Assembly: GCA_963815195.1 (NCBI GenBank)
Contig: CAWFGE010000015.1
Coordinates: 288,001-352,000, forward strand
From: an uncultured Planctomycetaceae bacterium
Lineage (GTDB): Bacteria; Planctomycetota; Planctomycetia; Planctomycetales; Planctomycetaceae
Direction of reading: 5' to 3'
Length of the DNA: 64,000 bases
Positions 46,118 through 58,139 of this stretch are shown piece after piece (positions within the stretch are counted from its first letter, which is position 1; each line of letters begins with the position of its first letter). A program made the position numbers and the translations under genes. The notes beneath the pieces are model-generated. The model searched no databases, was not told where the DNA came from, and saw nothing but the letters and a program-made list of their open reading frames with translations.

Positions 46118-47613
46118 GTTCGAGTTTCGCACATTTTGGAGTGAAGATTTGTCTCGATAAAAGGCGGCCTGCCGTGCAGAATCTAGGAAAGGAAAACGCC
46201 TGGATTCTGAAACTCACGGAGGCCGCACATGGAAGGTATCACAACGTTCATGGTTTTGCTCGATGTTTTTCAACCGGTTTTCACTCAGCCGAGTTTCGCC
46301 ACGTTTCGTTTGTTGATGACGGGCTGGATTCTCTCGCATCGGCATCGCTACGTCACCGATTTGATTCTCTCCAGCGACTCGGTCGGCAACGGCCACTTTT
46401 CCGATTACCACCGCTTCTTCAGCCACGCGAGTTGGAGCATCGACCAGCTTTGGCGATTGCTGGCGGGACTGTTGATCAAAGGCTTGATCGGCTCCGACGC
46501 CGTGATTTTGCTGGCGGGCGACGACACCCTCTGCCGCAAGCGCGGACTGGGTTTGTTCGGCGTGGGCATGCATCACGATCCGCTGATTTCCTCGAAGGCC
46601 AAGAAGCTGGTGAGCTGGGGCCACGATTGGGTGACGCTGTGTCTGGTCATCGTAAAACCCTGGTGGGCGCCCACCAAAGTGTTCTCGTTGCCGATCTGCA
46701 TGCGGTTGTATCGCAATCGGCAAGGGCTGACCAAGGGGAAGAAGAAAAAGCTCACGAAGCCCAAAGCGAAAAACCCGAAGCACCGCACGCGACCGGAACT
46801 GATGCGCGAAATGCTGAAACTTGTGGCGGGCTGGTTTCCCGAGCGGCAGTTCTTGTTCGTGGGTGACAGTCTTTACACTGGCGAGAGCGTGCTGCGTTAC
46901 CTGCCCGAGAACACGCATATGATTGGTCAGGTGCATCCCCAAGGCGCGATGTACGAACCTGCGCCGGAGAAAAAGCCCGGTCGCGGCGCGCCGCGCAAAA
47001 AGAGCGCGCGGCTCTCCACGAAAGAGGAGTGGGCCAACGACGGTTCCGCCTGGACCCGGTTGACGTTCAACCAGTACGGACTGCACACGACACTCGAGGT
47101 CAAGACCCGCCAGGGGTTGTACTACAAAGCCGGCAAGGACCGCTTGCTCACGTTCGTATTGACACGCGACACCCAAGGCAATGCCCGATGCAAATTTTCT
47201 ACTGTACCGATTTGACGAGGGACGCGCGCAGCATCCTGTCCGCCTATGCTTGTCGGTGGTCGATCGAAGTCACGCATCATGACGCCAAACAGTATTTGGG
47301 TTTGGAAGACCCGGCCAACCGCCTGCCTCTGGCGGTGGAACGCACGGCCCCGATGGCCATGTTCTTATATAGCTTGACCGTCTTGTGGTATGCCGAGCAC
47401 GGCCACGCGCATGTGCGGTTTCCGAACCGTCCTTGGTACACGCGCAAGCGCGAGCCGAGTTTTGCAGATATGCTGACCACACTCCGCCGCTTAACCTGGG
47501 AAGAGAAATTATCGACAGTGCCGCCAGGCAGCAGTCTCCAAAATAAAAACATAAACCTGCTAACGTACCTGGCCACCCTCACCGGGTAACGCCGGAATGT
47601 GCGAAACTCGAAC
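46118..47613 (+). mobile_element. Second copy of the 15480-16974 IS
   Basis: Same IRs, flanked by TTA. Confidence 0.9.
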
Positions 47614-47616
47614 TTA

Positions 47617-49109
47617 GTTCGAGTTTCGCACATTTTGGAGTGAAGATTTGTCTCGATAAAAGGCGGCCTGCCGTGCAGAATCTAGGAAAGGAAAACGCCT
47701 GGATTCTGAAACTCACGGAGGCCGCACATGGAAGGTATCACAACGTTCATGGTTTTGCTCGATGTTTTTCAACCGGTTTTCACTCAGCCGAGTTTCGCCA
47801 CGTTTCGTTTGTTGATGACGGGCTGGATTCTCTCGCATCGGCATCGCTACGTCACCGATTTGATTCTCTCCAGCGACTCGGTCGGCAACGGCCACTTTTC
47901 CGATTACCACCGCTTCTTCAGCCACGCGAGTTGGAGCATCGACCAGCTTTGGCGATTGCTGGCGGGACTGTTGATCAAAGGCTTGATCGGCTCCGACGCC
48001 GTGATTTTGCTGGCGGGCGACGACACCCTCTGCCGCAAGCGCGGACTGGGTTTGTTCGGCGTGGGCATGCATCACGATCCGCTGATTTCCTCGAAGGCCA
48101 AGAAGCTGGTGAGCTGGGGCCACGATTGGGTGACACTGTGTCTGGTGCTCGTAAACCCCTGGTGGGCGCCCACCAAAGTGTTCGCGTTGCCGATCTGCAT
48201 GCGGTTGTATCGCAATCGGCAAGGGCTGACGAAGGGGAAGAAGAAAAAGCTCACGAAGCCCAAAGCGAAAAACCCGAAGCACCGCACGCGACCGGAACTG
48301 ATGCGCGAAATGCTGAAACTTGTGGCGGGCTGGTTTCCCGAGCGGCAGTTCTTGTTCGTGGGTGACAGTCTTTACACTGGCGAGAGCGTGCTGCGTTACC
48401 TGCCCGAGAACACGCATATGATTGGTCAGGTGCATCCCCAAGGCGCGATGTACGAACCGCGCCGGAGAAAAAGCCCGGTCGCGGCGCCGCGCAAAAAGGC
48501 GCGCGGCTCTCCACGAAAGAGGAGTGGGCCAACGACGGTTCCGCCTGGACCCGGTTGACGTTCAACCAGTACGGACTGCACACGACACTCGAGGTCAAGA
48601 CCCGCCAGGGGTTGTACTACAAAGCCGGCAAGGACCGCTTGCTCACGTTCGTATTGACACGCGACACCCAAGGCAAGCGCCCGATGCAAATTTTCTACTG
48701 TACCGATTTGACGAGGGACGCGCGCAGCATCCTGTCCGCCTATGCTTGTCGGTGGTCGATCGAAGTCACGCATCATGACGCCAAACAGTATTTGGGTTTG
48801 GAAGACCCGGCCAACCGCCTGCCTCTGGCGGTGGAACGCACGGCCCCGATGGCCATGTTCTTATATAGCTTGACCGTCTTGTGGTATGCCGAGCACGGCC
48901 ACGCGCATGTGCGGTTTCCGAACCGTCCTTGGTACACGCGCAAGCGCGAGCCGAGTTTTGCAGATATGCTGACCACACTCCGCCGCTTAACCTGGGAAGA
49001 GAAATTATCGACAGTGCCGCCAGGCAGCAGTCTCCAAAATAAAAACATAAACCTGCTAACGTACCTGGCCACCCTCACCGGGTAACGCCGGAATGTGCGA
49101 AACTCGAAC
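47617..49109 (+). mobile_element. Third copy of the same IS, in direct tandem
   Basis: Separated from copy 2 by TTA only and followed by TTA. Confidence 0.9.
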
Positions 49110-49293
49110 TTAGAAACGCGATAGGAATTTGGCAGGTCGCGCAAATCGGAGTCGTGTTGCCACACAAGGGGCACGATTGAAAGGGAATCTATCTTTTGCC
49201 AACGAATTGGCTTTGGCGGCGGGCAAGGATTAGGTCAACTTTGAACAAACCGCATATCTTGTTCCCGTCTATGAGGAAAGAGGAGTCACCACA

Positions 49294-49926
49294 ATGCGAA
49301 ATGAGAGCCAAGGAAATCTTGAAACCGAGTTGGACGGCAAATTCAGGTTCCCGATCCTGGGGCCTTCTCAAGTCCAACTCGCCTCTCGCAACAACTTTAC
49401 CGGTCTCGTTTGTGATCGAGGTTTTCGTCAAGGCGTCGAAATCGGCGTTTATCGGGGACGGTTTGCTTGGCACTTACTCAACTCTTGCCCGGAACTTTCC
49501 CTGTATTTGGTCGACCCCTGGGATGGATCGGCCATGACCGGTGGCTATGATGCCGAAGAGGTCTTCCGGGAGGTGCAACAGTTGCCGTGTCAGTTTGGTG
49601 TCGAACGCGTCAAGCTTTTGCGGGAACGGAGCCCCGAAGCAGCGAAGCATCCCTCCCTGTGCAAGTGCCAGTTCGATTTTGTCTATATTGATGGGGATCA
49701 TAGCTTCGAGCAAGTCCTCACCGACGTTCGCGCTTGGTGGCCTCTGCTCCGTCCCGGTGGGGTCATGGCAGGACACGATTACAATAACCGCGGTAAAAAA
49801 CGCGTAAAATCCGCCGTCGATTCGCTTTTCCCCCATGTGAATACCACCCAAGAGCGTTGTTCGTCGTGGTGGGTGGAGAAGGCCGGAAGCTGTGCCGATC
49901 CCGCTTTGCAAGACGAATCCGATTAG
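49294..49926 (+). CDS. Class I SAM methyltransferase (Methyltransf_24-like)
   Basis: GVEIGVYRG, FDFVYIDGDHSFE and LRPGG...GHDY motifs. Confidence 0.88.
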   Translation: MRNESQGNLETELDGKFRFPILGPSQVQLASRNNFTGLVCDRGFRQGVEIGVYRGRFAWHLLNSCPELSLYLVDPWDGSAMTGGYDAEEVFREVQQLPCQFGVERVKLLRERSPEAAKHPSLCKCQFDFVYIDGDHSFEQVLTDVRAWWPLLRPGGVMAGHDYNNRGKKRVKSAVDSLFPHVNTTQERCSSWWVEKAGSCADPALQDESD

Positions 49927-50681
49927 CAGCGGGAGTCTTTTTCGGCTTGCCGACGGACAAACTCGACATAATCTTGCGGGGTATCGATTCCCACAGCGTA
50001 GTGATCAACAACCGCGACCTGAATGCCGGCCCCCGATTCCAAGGCACGCAATTGTTCCAATTTTTCCAGTCGCTCCAGAGTCGAAGGCGGCATTTGAGCC
50101 CACTGCAGCAAGAACTCTCTGCGGTAGGCATAGATCCCCAAGTGCAGTTTCCAAGGAGACGATTCCGCCATCTCTTCGGCGAGATTCCCATCACGGCAAT
50201 AGGGAATCATGGACCGGCTAAAGTAGAGGGCTCGTCCATCCGACGTACAAACGACTTTTACGCAGGAGGGGTCGGCCAGCCGTTCCATTTCAAGGAGGGG
50301 AGTTGCCAAAGTTGCCATTTCGGCCTCCGAGCCTCGGAGTGTCTCGACCAAGAGATCGACCTGGCTGGGATTGACTTCGGGTTCATCACCTTGAACGTTG
50401 ACGACAAATTGACTGCCTTGACAACATCGGGCGGCGACTTCGGCAACACGGTCCGTGCCGCTTGCATGCTCTCCCGTCATTTCGACACGCCCCCCAAAAA
50501 CCCGCACGGCGTCCGCGATCTGCTCGCTGTCGGTCGCGACAATGACTTCGGATAGCGATGTCGCGCGGCACGCAGTTTCCCACGTGTGCTGCAGAAGAGG
50601 CTTTCCCGTATCCGCCAAAAGAAGTTTCCCCGGCAATCGGGTCGAGGCCAATCTTGCGGGAATGATACCGACCGTCACCAT
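49923..50681 (-). CDS. kdsB: CMP-Kdo synthetase (3-deoxy-manno-octulosonate cytidylyltransferase)
   Basis: IPARLASTRLPGK, SGTDR, NVQGDEP, ALYFSR, HLGIYAYR and EKLEQLRALE motifs. Confidence 0.92.
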   Translation of the reverse strand: MVTVGIIPARLASTRLPGKLLLADTGKPLLQHTWETACRATSLSEVIVATDSEQIADAVRVFGGRVEMTGEHASGTDRVAEVAARCCQGSQFVVNVQGDEPEVNPSQVDLLVETLRGSEAEMATLATPLLEMERLADPSCVKVVCTSDGRALYFSRSMIPYCRDGNLAEEMAESSPWKLHLGIYAYRREFLLQWAQMPPSTLERLEKLEQLRALESGAGIQVAVVDHYAVGIDTPQDYVEFVRRQAEKDSRC

Positions 50682-50914
50682 GCCTTGCCTCATCGTTTCA
50701 ATTGGAATGGTTATCCCGGACGATTTTCCACGTTGACAAACTTGGAAAGAAATTCCAAACGAAAAAGTTGCGAAAAGCCAACATACCTGTATTATATCTC
50801 CTTTCTGAACAGAAGTTCTACCAGACATTTTCTGAGAGGTGAAACGAGGACATTGTTGTTCGTCCGAATTCCCCATGTCCATTGGCATAAAACTGAATTG
50901 CTCGGAATCCCGGC

Positions 50915-53178
50915 ATGAAACGCGACAGCGAAAATCCCAAGCCATTGATTGCATTCGGCCCCAAGGTTCCTGGGGCGGGGTCGTGGGAGTGGTTGGGTGA
51001 AGATCTGGCCCGTGGTCTGTCGGAGACATTTGAAACGGCCACGTTTGGCTACGAGGTGCCGGATTGCGATGTAGTCGTGTTTATCAAGTATCTTCCTCCC
51101 GTTTCGGTTTTGCGGGAGATCTCCGAACGGACCGCCGTTGTCTATTGTCCCGTGGATGTGTATGGCAGTGCGGCCGAAATTGATGCGGATGAGGGTTTGT
51201 CATGGTGCGATCGGATTGTTGTCCATTGCGCAAAACTTGCCAAATACACGCGGTCGTATGCTCCCACCATTTCGATGGATCACCACTTGAAATTCGCGGC
51301 ACCGATCCGAACAGGTTTCGTTGCTGAAGGGCCATTATTATGGGTGGGAGTGCGGACCAATTTGCCGCCCGTGGTTGACTGGTTGGCGAAACAGCGATGG
51401 AAGGATGAGATCTGGATTCTCACCAATCCGGAACAACCGGACGATCTTCACTCCCCAAAGCGTTTGGGGTTGCCGGAGGGGCTCTCATTTCGGTTGGGGG
51501 AATGGACGCCGGAAAGACATGCCAAGTGGATTGCCGAAGCTCGGGCGGTCTTCGACGTCAAGGGCGCGATTTTCGCTCCCGCCACAAGCCGGCGGCCAAA
51601 GCGATGGACTTTCTGGCGTCGGGCCTGCCCTTGGCAATGAACCGCGATTGCAGTTCCGTGGAAGCGATCCAAGGCCTGGGTTTTGAGATTGCGTCCCTTG
51701 ATCACCGTGAGCATTGGCTTTCCGAGGACTATTGGGAACAAACCCGTTCCTTCGCAACACCATTAAGAGAGCGTTTTTCGCTGTCTCAGATGATCCCCGC
51801 CTGGAGTCAACTCTTACGGGATGTTATTGAAGAAAAGAGAACATCCTCGGTCACCATTCGAAACCAACTTGCGGTTTCATCGCGTTTTGCCCCTGGAAAT
51901 GGAACCACCGTTTTCCCATCGGTCAAGTCCTCACGACGGACGCGGGTGGCGATTGTCAGCCTGCTATTCAATTGGCCGTCCACGGGCGGCGGCACAATTC
52001 ATACGTTGGAAACGGCCCGTTTTTTACAGCGGGCGGGTTATCAAGTGAGCCACTTCTACGTCAAATCCGCCGCGTGGGACGTGGGCCGGATGGACGAACC
52101 GCTCGACTATTCCACACAACCCATTTTGTGGGAACCCTCTGAGGACGGTCTGGCCCAATTGCAGCGCCAATTGCGAAAGGGCATCGAGACGTTCGCTCCG
52201 GATTTTGTCATTCTGACGGATAGTTGGACCATGAAACCGCGTTTGGCCGAAGCGGTCGAGGGTTATCGCTTCTTTCTGCGGTTGGCGGCCCAGGAATGTT
52301 TGTGCCCCCTCAACAATGTGCGAATGCTGGTGGACGACCAGGGTCGCATCAGCCGTTGCCCGCGGCACCAATTGGCCACCCCCCAGATTTGCCGGGATTG
52401 CATAACCGCGCGGGAAGGACTTTCCGGAGTGCTCCATCAACGGGAACGGGAATTGGCCGGTTTCGGCACTCCCGAGTATGATCGGGCACTCCGATGGTCC
52501 TTTTCGACAGCCGAAGCGGTTCTCGTCGTCAATCCGCTGATCGAAGCCATGGTTTCCCCATTCGCCAAACGAACCCGCGTGGTCCCCAGCGGGTTTGACC
52601 CGGATCGCTTTCCCTGGCCATGGCCGGAAGAACAACAGACGCGGGACAACGAGCGCATCAAGATTCTGTTCGCAGGTCTGCCGCAGGAACTGATGAAGGG
52701 CTTTCCGATCCTGCATGCTGCGTGTGAAAGACTGTGGGAAATCCGGCAGGATTTTGAATTGTGGATCACCGACGATCCGGTCGGGCAACGCGATCACTTT
52801 ACAAAGGCCATCGGCTGGCAATCTCAAGCGGACTTACCCCAAGTGCTCCGGCAATCTGACCTGTTGGTGTTTCCGACCGTGGCGGAGGAAGCGCTGGGAC
52901 GCACGGCTGTGGAGGCCATGGCCGTAGGCCGCCCCGTGGTGGCCAGTCGGATCGGCGGGCTTCCCTGGACGATTTCGGATGGGGGGACGGGTCTACTCTT
53001 TGAACCGGGGAACGCGGTCGATTTGGCAGAAAAACTGACCCAACTGCTCGATGATCCGGTACTCCGGGAGCAACTGGGCCGAAATGGACGACAACGGTTT
53101 GAAACCGAATTTGTTTGGAAAGCGATCGTGGATCGGCATTATCGACCGCTTTTGGGAGAGCCGGTCCGAACTGGCTAA
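50915..53178 (+). CDS. Two-module GT-B (GT4-like) glycosyltransferase, frameshift near 51565
   Basis: C-terminal EEALGRTAVEAMAVGRPVVASRIGG; N-terminal GT-like module. Confidence 0.8.
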
Positions 53179-53204
53179 ACTCCTTTGAAAGAAGGTTATA
53201 ACGA

Positions 53205-56200
53205 ATGAGCATTCGTCGCATAGCCGTCGTGTTCGATAATACCCGCCGTCCAGAAACTACGGGCTTTTATTGCCGCCGAGCCCTGGCCGAACTTGTCGGT
53301 CTGGGGAAACTTGCGGACGTGGAGCACCTTCTACCGGAGGAACTCGACCGAGTTCAAAGGGGCGAGTTTGATCTGTTTTTGGCGATCGATGATGGCTTGT
53401 CCTATCCGTGGCCCAAGCCACTACGCCCCACCGCATGGTGGGCGATCGATACGCATCTGGATTTCTCGCGGACACTCGAACGGGGTTGGCAGAGTGACTT
53501 TGTGTTTGCCGCTCAACGCAACGGAGCCGAGCGTCTCAGGCGGGAGGGAATTTCCGATGCGGCATGGTTGCCGCTCGCCTGCGACCCGAGGATTCATCAA
53601 CGACATGACGTCCCGCAGCAATTCGACATCGCATTCGTGGGGCATGAAATCCCGGGGGAGAGAACAAGACTGCTCGATCTGATCCGCGATCACTTTCCGA
53701 ATCATTTCATCGGTCAAAAGTACCGGAAGGCGATGGCAGCCACCTATTCCTCGGGCCGGATGGGATTCAACCGCAGCGTGAAAGATGACATCAATATGCG
53801 GGTGTTTGAAGTACCCGCCTGTGGGGCGTTCCTGCTCACGAACGATCTGGCGGAGAACGGTCAATTGGAATTGCTCATCCCCGGGCAACACATCGAGACT
53901 TACGGGTCTGATGAGGAATTGCTGGACAAAGCGCGATTTTATCTCACCAACGATGAGCAGCGAGAGCGAATCGCGCGGGCGGGGTCGTGCACGTCCGATC
54001 TTGCCACACCTACCGGCACCGGATAGACACACTGCTTCATCGGGTGGAAAATTCCGACAAATCCCCGTTCGTTTCCGTGCCGGAGTGTATTCCTTCGAAG
54101 AAAGCCCCTTCCTCCCCGCAAAGGAAAGATCCTCTCTATTTTGAGTTTTCGCGGCCGGAGATTTTGGAGTTGATTCCTCGCACCGCTCAGCGGGTGCTGG
54201 ACGTGGGATGCGGAGCGGGTCGATTGGGAGAAGCTCTCAAACAGAGACAAAACGTCGAGGTGATTGGAATCGAGCGAAATCCCGCGGCAGCCATGAGTGC
54301 GCGGAATGTGTTGGATGCTGTCTCTGAGATCGATCTCACCGAGGATCCGGCAGAGTATCCCTCCGGTCCGTTCGACGTGATTGTGTGCGCGGATATTCTG
54401 GAACATCTTCCGCAACCACGTTCCGCGCTTGAAAGACTGCGAAGCCTTTTGGCTCCGGATGGGATCTTGGTGGCCAGTCTGCCGAATGTGCAGCATCATT
54501 CGGTGGTGCGTTCGCTCCTCGCCGGAAATTTCACGTATGAGCCGGCCGGCATTTTGGACGAGGACCACAAGCGATTTTTCACCCGCCGGGAAATGGAAAA
54601 ACTCTTTTACCGTGCCGGGTTGACTGTGGAACATGTCCGGTTTGCCCCGGATGCAGCGCATCAACAGTGGCTATCGGAGGGGCGACCGCCCACGTTGCAG
54701 TTGGGATCGCTCCAGATCCAAAGCGAAAGCCCTGACGAGATTGAACCGTTTTATGTTTACCAGTATTTGCTGGTTGCAAGACCAACTCCACCGCCGGCGT
54801 GGGGCCTGACTTCGATCATCCTGGTCACCCATAATCAATGGGACTACACGCGGCTGTGCCTGGAAAGCTTGCGGTTTGTCACCGATGAACCCTATGAACT
54901 GATTGTCGTCGACAATGCCTCCACGGATCAGACGTTGCCTTGGCTCCGCTCCCAGCCGGACATCCGCTTGATCGAGAACCCGGAGAATCGCGGCTATCCG
55001 GCGGCGGTCAACCAGGGTCTGGCCGTTGCCCAGGGGAAACAAATCCTCCTGCTCAATAACGATACCCTGCTGACAACGGGCTGGCTCGGGCGATTATTGG
55101 AAGCCCTGCATTGCGATTCCCGGATCGGGTTGGCCGGGCCGTGTTCCAATCACGTGAGCGGTCCTCAACAGATTGCCGTCAACTACCAGAGCATCACAGA
55201 ACTCGATGGATTCGCCTGGGATTACACCCGCCGCCAAGCAGTTCGGTCGATGGAGACCAATCGACTTGTGGGATTTTGTTTGCTGATCCGTCGTGAAGTC
55301 GTCGAGCGCATCGGCACGCTGGATGAGCGGTTTGGCATCGGATGCTACGAAGACGATGATTTTTGCCGCCGAGCGATTCAAGCCGGGTTCCGTTGCGTGA
55401 TCGCCCAGGACGCTTTCGTGCATCACTTCGGCAGCCGGACATTTTTGGGAAGCGGGCAGGATCTGGGTCAAATTCTCGAAGCCAACCAAAAAATCTATGA
55501 TGCGAAATGGGAAACCGATTCTCGGCATTCTGCCTCATTGGAACGGGAAGTCTCACATGATCGCCCCCGATTGTCCCTGTGCATGATTGTGCGCGACAAC
55601 GAACAGACGATCCGTCCCTGTTTGGAGAGCATCCGGCCTTGGGTGGATGAGATGATCGTTGTCGATACCGGTTCGACCGATCGCACCCCGAAAATTTGCG
55701 AGGAATTGGGAGCCCGTGTGGAGCATTTTCCCTGGTGCGACGACTTTTCTGCCGCCCGCAACGAATCGCTCCAGTACGCCTCAGGGGAGTGGATTTTCTG
55801 GATGGATTCGGATGACACGATTCCCGTCGAATGCGGACGGAAATTGCGCGAACTCGCCGATGGAGACCACTCCCTGGAGATCTCGGGCTACGTGATGCAG
55901 GTCCATTGCCCTTCCGCCCCAAATACGAGCCCGCAGGATGTCACCATCGTGGATCATGTGAAACTCTTCCGCAACCGCCCCGAATTGCGGTTCGAACATC
56001 GCATCCATGAACAGATCCTGCCCGCCATTCGCCGGAGGGGTGGGAAGGTCGAGTTTACCGACATCTTCGTGGTGCACTCGGGATCTGAGCACACGGAAGA
56101 AGCCCATCAGCGAAAACTGGAACGGGATTTTCGCATTTTGAGATTGGACCTTGCGGAGCGGCCCAATCATCCGTTCGTGCTGTTTAATTTGGGTATGACC

Positions 56201-57199
56201 CATGCGGATGCGGGAAACCATGAGGAGGCGGTCGGCTGTCTGCAGAAGTCCATTGAGGTTTCCTCGCCTGGAGATTCTCATTTGCACAAAGCCTACTCGC
56301 TTTTGGTCGGTTCGCTGACCCGACTGGAGCAGTGGGAGGAGGCCGAATCCCAATGCCGCAGAGGACTCGAGCTGTTTCCCCAGGATACGGAATTATGGTT
56401 CCGCTTCGGGATTGTGCTGCATCATTTGGGGCAGCTTTCGGAGGCGGTCCAAGCCTATCAACGGGTCCTTCATCCCCCAGAGGATCGCTATTTCAATAGC
56501 ATGGATGCCGGGATCGCGAACTACAAAACCCGTCACAATCTTGCACTCGTTTATCAAGAAATGGAAGACTGGTCACGCGCTGAAGCGGAGTGGCGACGGG
56601 TTGTTGCGGATCAACCGACCTATCCCGCTGCTTGGGAGGCGTTGGGTGAACTCCTCTTGAAAACGGGGCGAATGGAGGAGGCGGTACAAATCGGACACGC
56701 CCTGTCCCAACATCCCCGGCTTTTGGACATTGGAACCATGCTGGAGGCAGAACTTTCGGTGCAGCGAGGCGAGGCGGCGGCCGCAGCCGAAATATTAATG
56801 CGGGCGTATGAACGCCGGAGCGATGTGAACGTCTTGCAGAAACTCTGTCGGATTCAGTTTGAATGTTTGGGCCCACTTGCCGCGGAAACGAGCCTGAGCA
56901 AATTGGCTGAACGGGTTCCCGATGATGCTTCCGTTTGGCACAACCTGGGTACCATTCGTCGTCTGCAAGGGCGATTACCGGAAGCCATTGAGAACTACGA
57001 ACGTTCGGTAAAACTACGTGCGCACTCGCCGGACACCCTCGTCGAATTGGCTTCGGCACTTTACGAGCATGGCGGTTTGGATCAAGCCATCATTGCTTGT
57101 AAAAAAGCACTTGAACATTCTGTCAGCCACGCAGGAGCAAAACGACTTCTCCGACAATTGGAAAACACCACGGCAGAAGAAGAGAACTCGTCCGATTAG
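53205..57199 (+). CDS. Multidomain CgeB-like GT + SAM methyltransferase + two GT2 + TPR protein (~1330 aa; frameshift near 53985)
   Basis: DINMRVFE; VLDVGCGAG; IVVDNAS/LLNND; SLCMIVRD..VDTGSTD..FSAARN..WMDSDD; TPR tail. Confidence 0.85.
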
Positions 57200-57361
57200 C
57201 GGACGCAGACCGATCGGATGGGACGACGATTTCAATCCCACATCCGGAACCATGTGCTGGTGTTTGGGGATTGGTCTCGAATGCAGGGACACGGTGCAAA
57301 TCGCTTCTGAAGTGAAAAGTCCCGTTTTGGATACGTCCAGCAATCGTTCCCACCTCGACGA

Positions 57362-58087
57362 TTAAAGTTGAATATCGTGGTTTTCCCGTCCGCAGACCGA
57401 GTGTCGGATGCGAAAGAGATTCGGAAGCTCCACCCGTCTCCAACCGCTTGAGGTGAAGTTTCGGATCGTTTTGCGAAAGGCCACATCGCAGGTGCAGCGT
57501 TTCCAGCGAGCGGCCGGCCGTTGCCAACGGGTGTCGCGACAATATCCACCCAGGCGGGCGATCGTCCCACGCACAATCTGGACGCCTCCGATAGCTCTCG
57601 GATAGCGGATGGGTTCGAAGTCCTCAGGTGTCACATCGATGATTCGAGGTGAGCAAGGATCAAGTCGTTCAATGGCGGAATCACCCGACTGATGCGTCTT
57701 CGAAGTCCAGGCGGCGTTGGGAAAGAGCAAATCCTCGGTGGTGGTATCGACCGCAGCTTTAACTGCATCCAAGGTGCCTTCTCGAAAGCACAGATCGCAG
57801 TCGGCAAACCATAACCAATCGGCCCCGGTTTCTTGCGTTGCCAGTTCTCGGCCGATCGCGCGACGAAATAACTGGTTCTTGGGCAGCACGCGAGGATGCC
57901 AGATGATCGATGGAATTTGGTGTGACCGAAAGTAATTCAACACCGCGGTTGTTTCCGGATCCTCATCCGAATAAAACACCGTCATTTTGATGGAGACGTT
58001 TCGCGGAGGAAAGAGAACCAGCGAACTGAGTTGATACGTCAATAATCGCGAGTAACGCCAACAGTGGCTGACAATTTCGAGTTGCAT
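57362..58087 (-). CDS. GT-A fold (GT2-like) glycosyltransferase
   Basis: RAIGR...ADWLWFADCD DxD motif. Confidence 0.7.
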   Translation of the reverse strand: MQLEIVSHCWRYSRLLTYQLSSLVLFPPRNVSIKMTVFYSDEDPETTAVLNYFRSHQIPSIIWHPRVLPKNQLFRRAIGRELATQETGADWLWFADCDLCFREGTLDAVKAAVDTTTEDLLFPNAAWTSKTHQSGDSAIERLDPCSPRIIDVTPEDFEPIRYPRAIGGVQIVRGTIARLGGYCRDTRWQRPAARWKRCTCDVAFRKTIRNFTSSGWRRVELPNLFRIRHSVCGRENHDIQL

Positions 58088-58139
58088 CAAAACCTTCCTA
58101 TCCACACCCGTCCTTGGATGAACCCCGACGCCCATTGTC

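Noticed and set aside
15591..49085. Programmed frameshift in the three DDE_5-type transposase copies
   Set aside because: Indel positions differ between copies (~16350, ~47180, ~48460-48500), which points to sequencing error or decay.
49923..51029. N-terminally extended 368-aa KdsB, and similarly the 417-aa AAA ORF from 6212
   Set aside because: The extensions overlap neighbouring genes; family motifs begin at 50681 and the likely ATPase start is 5966.
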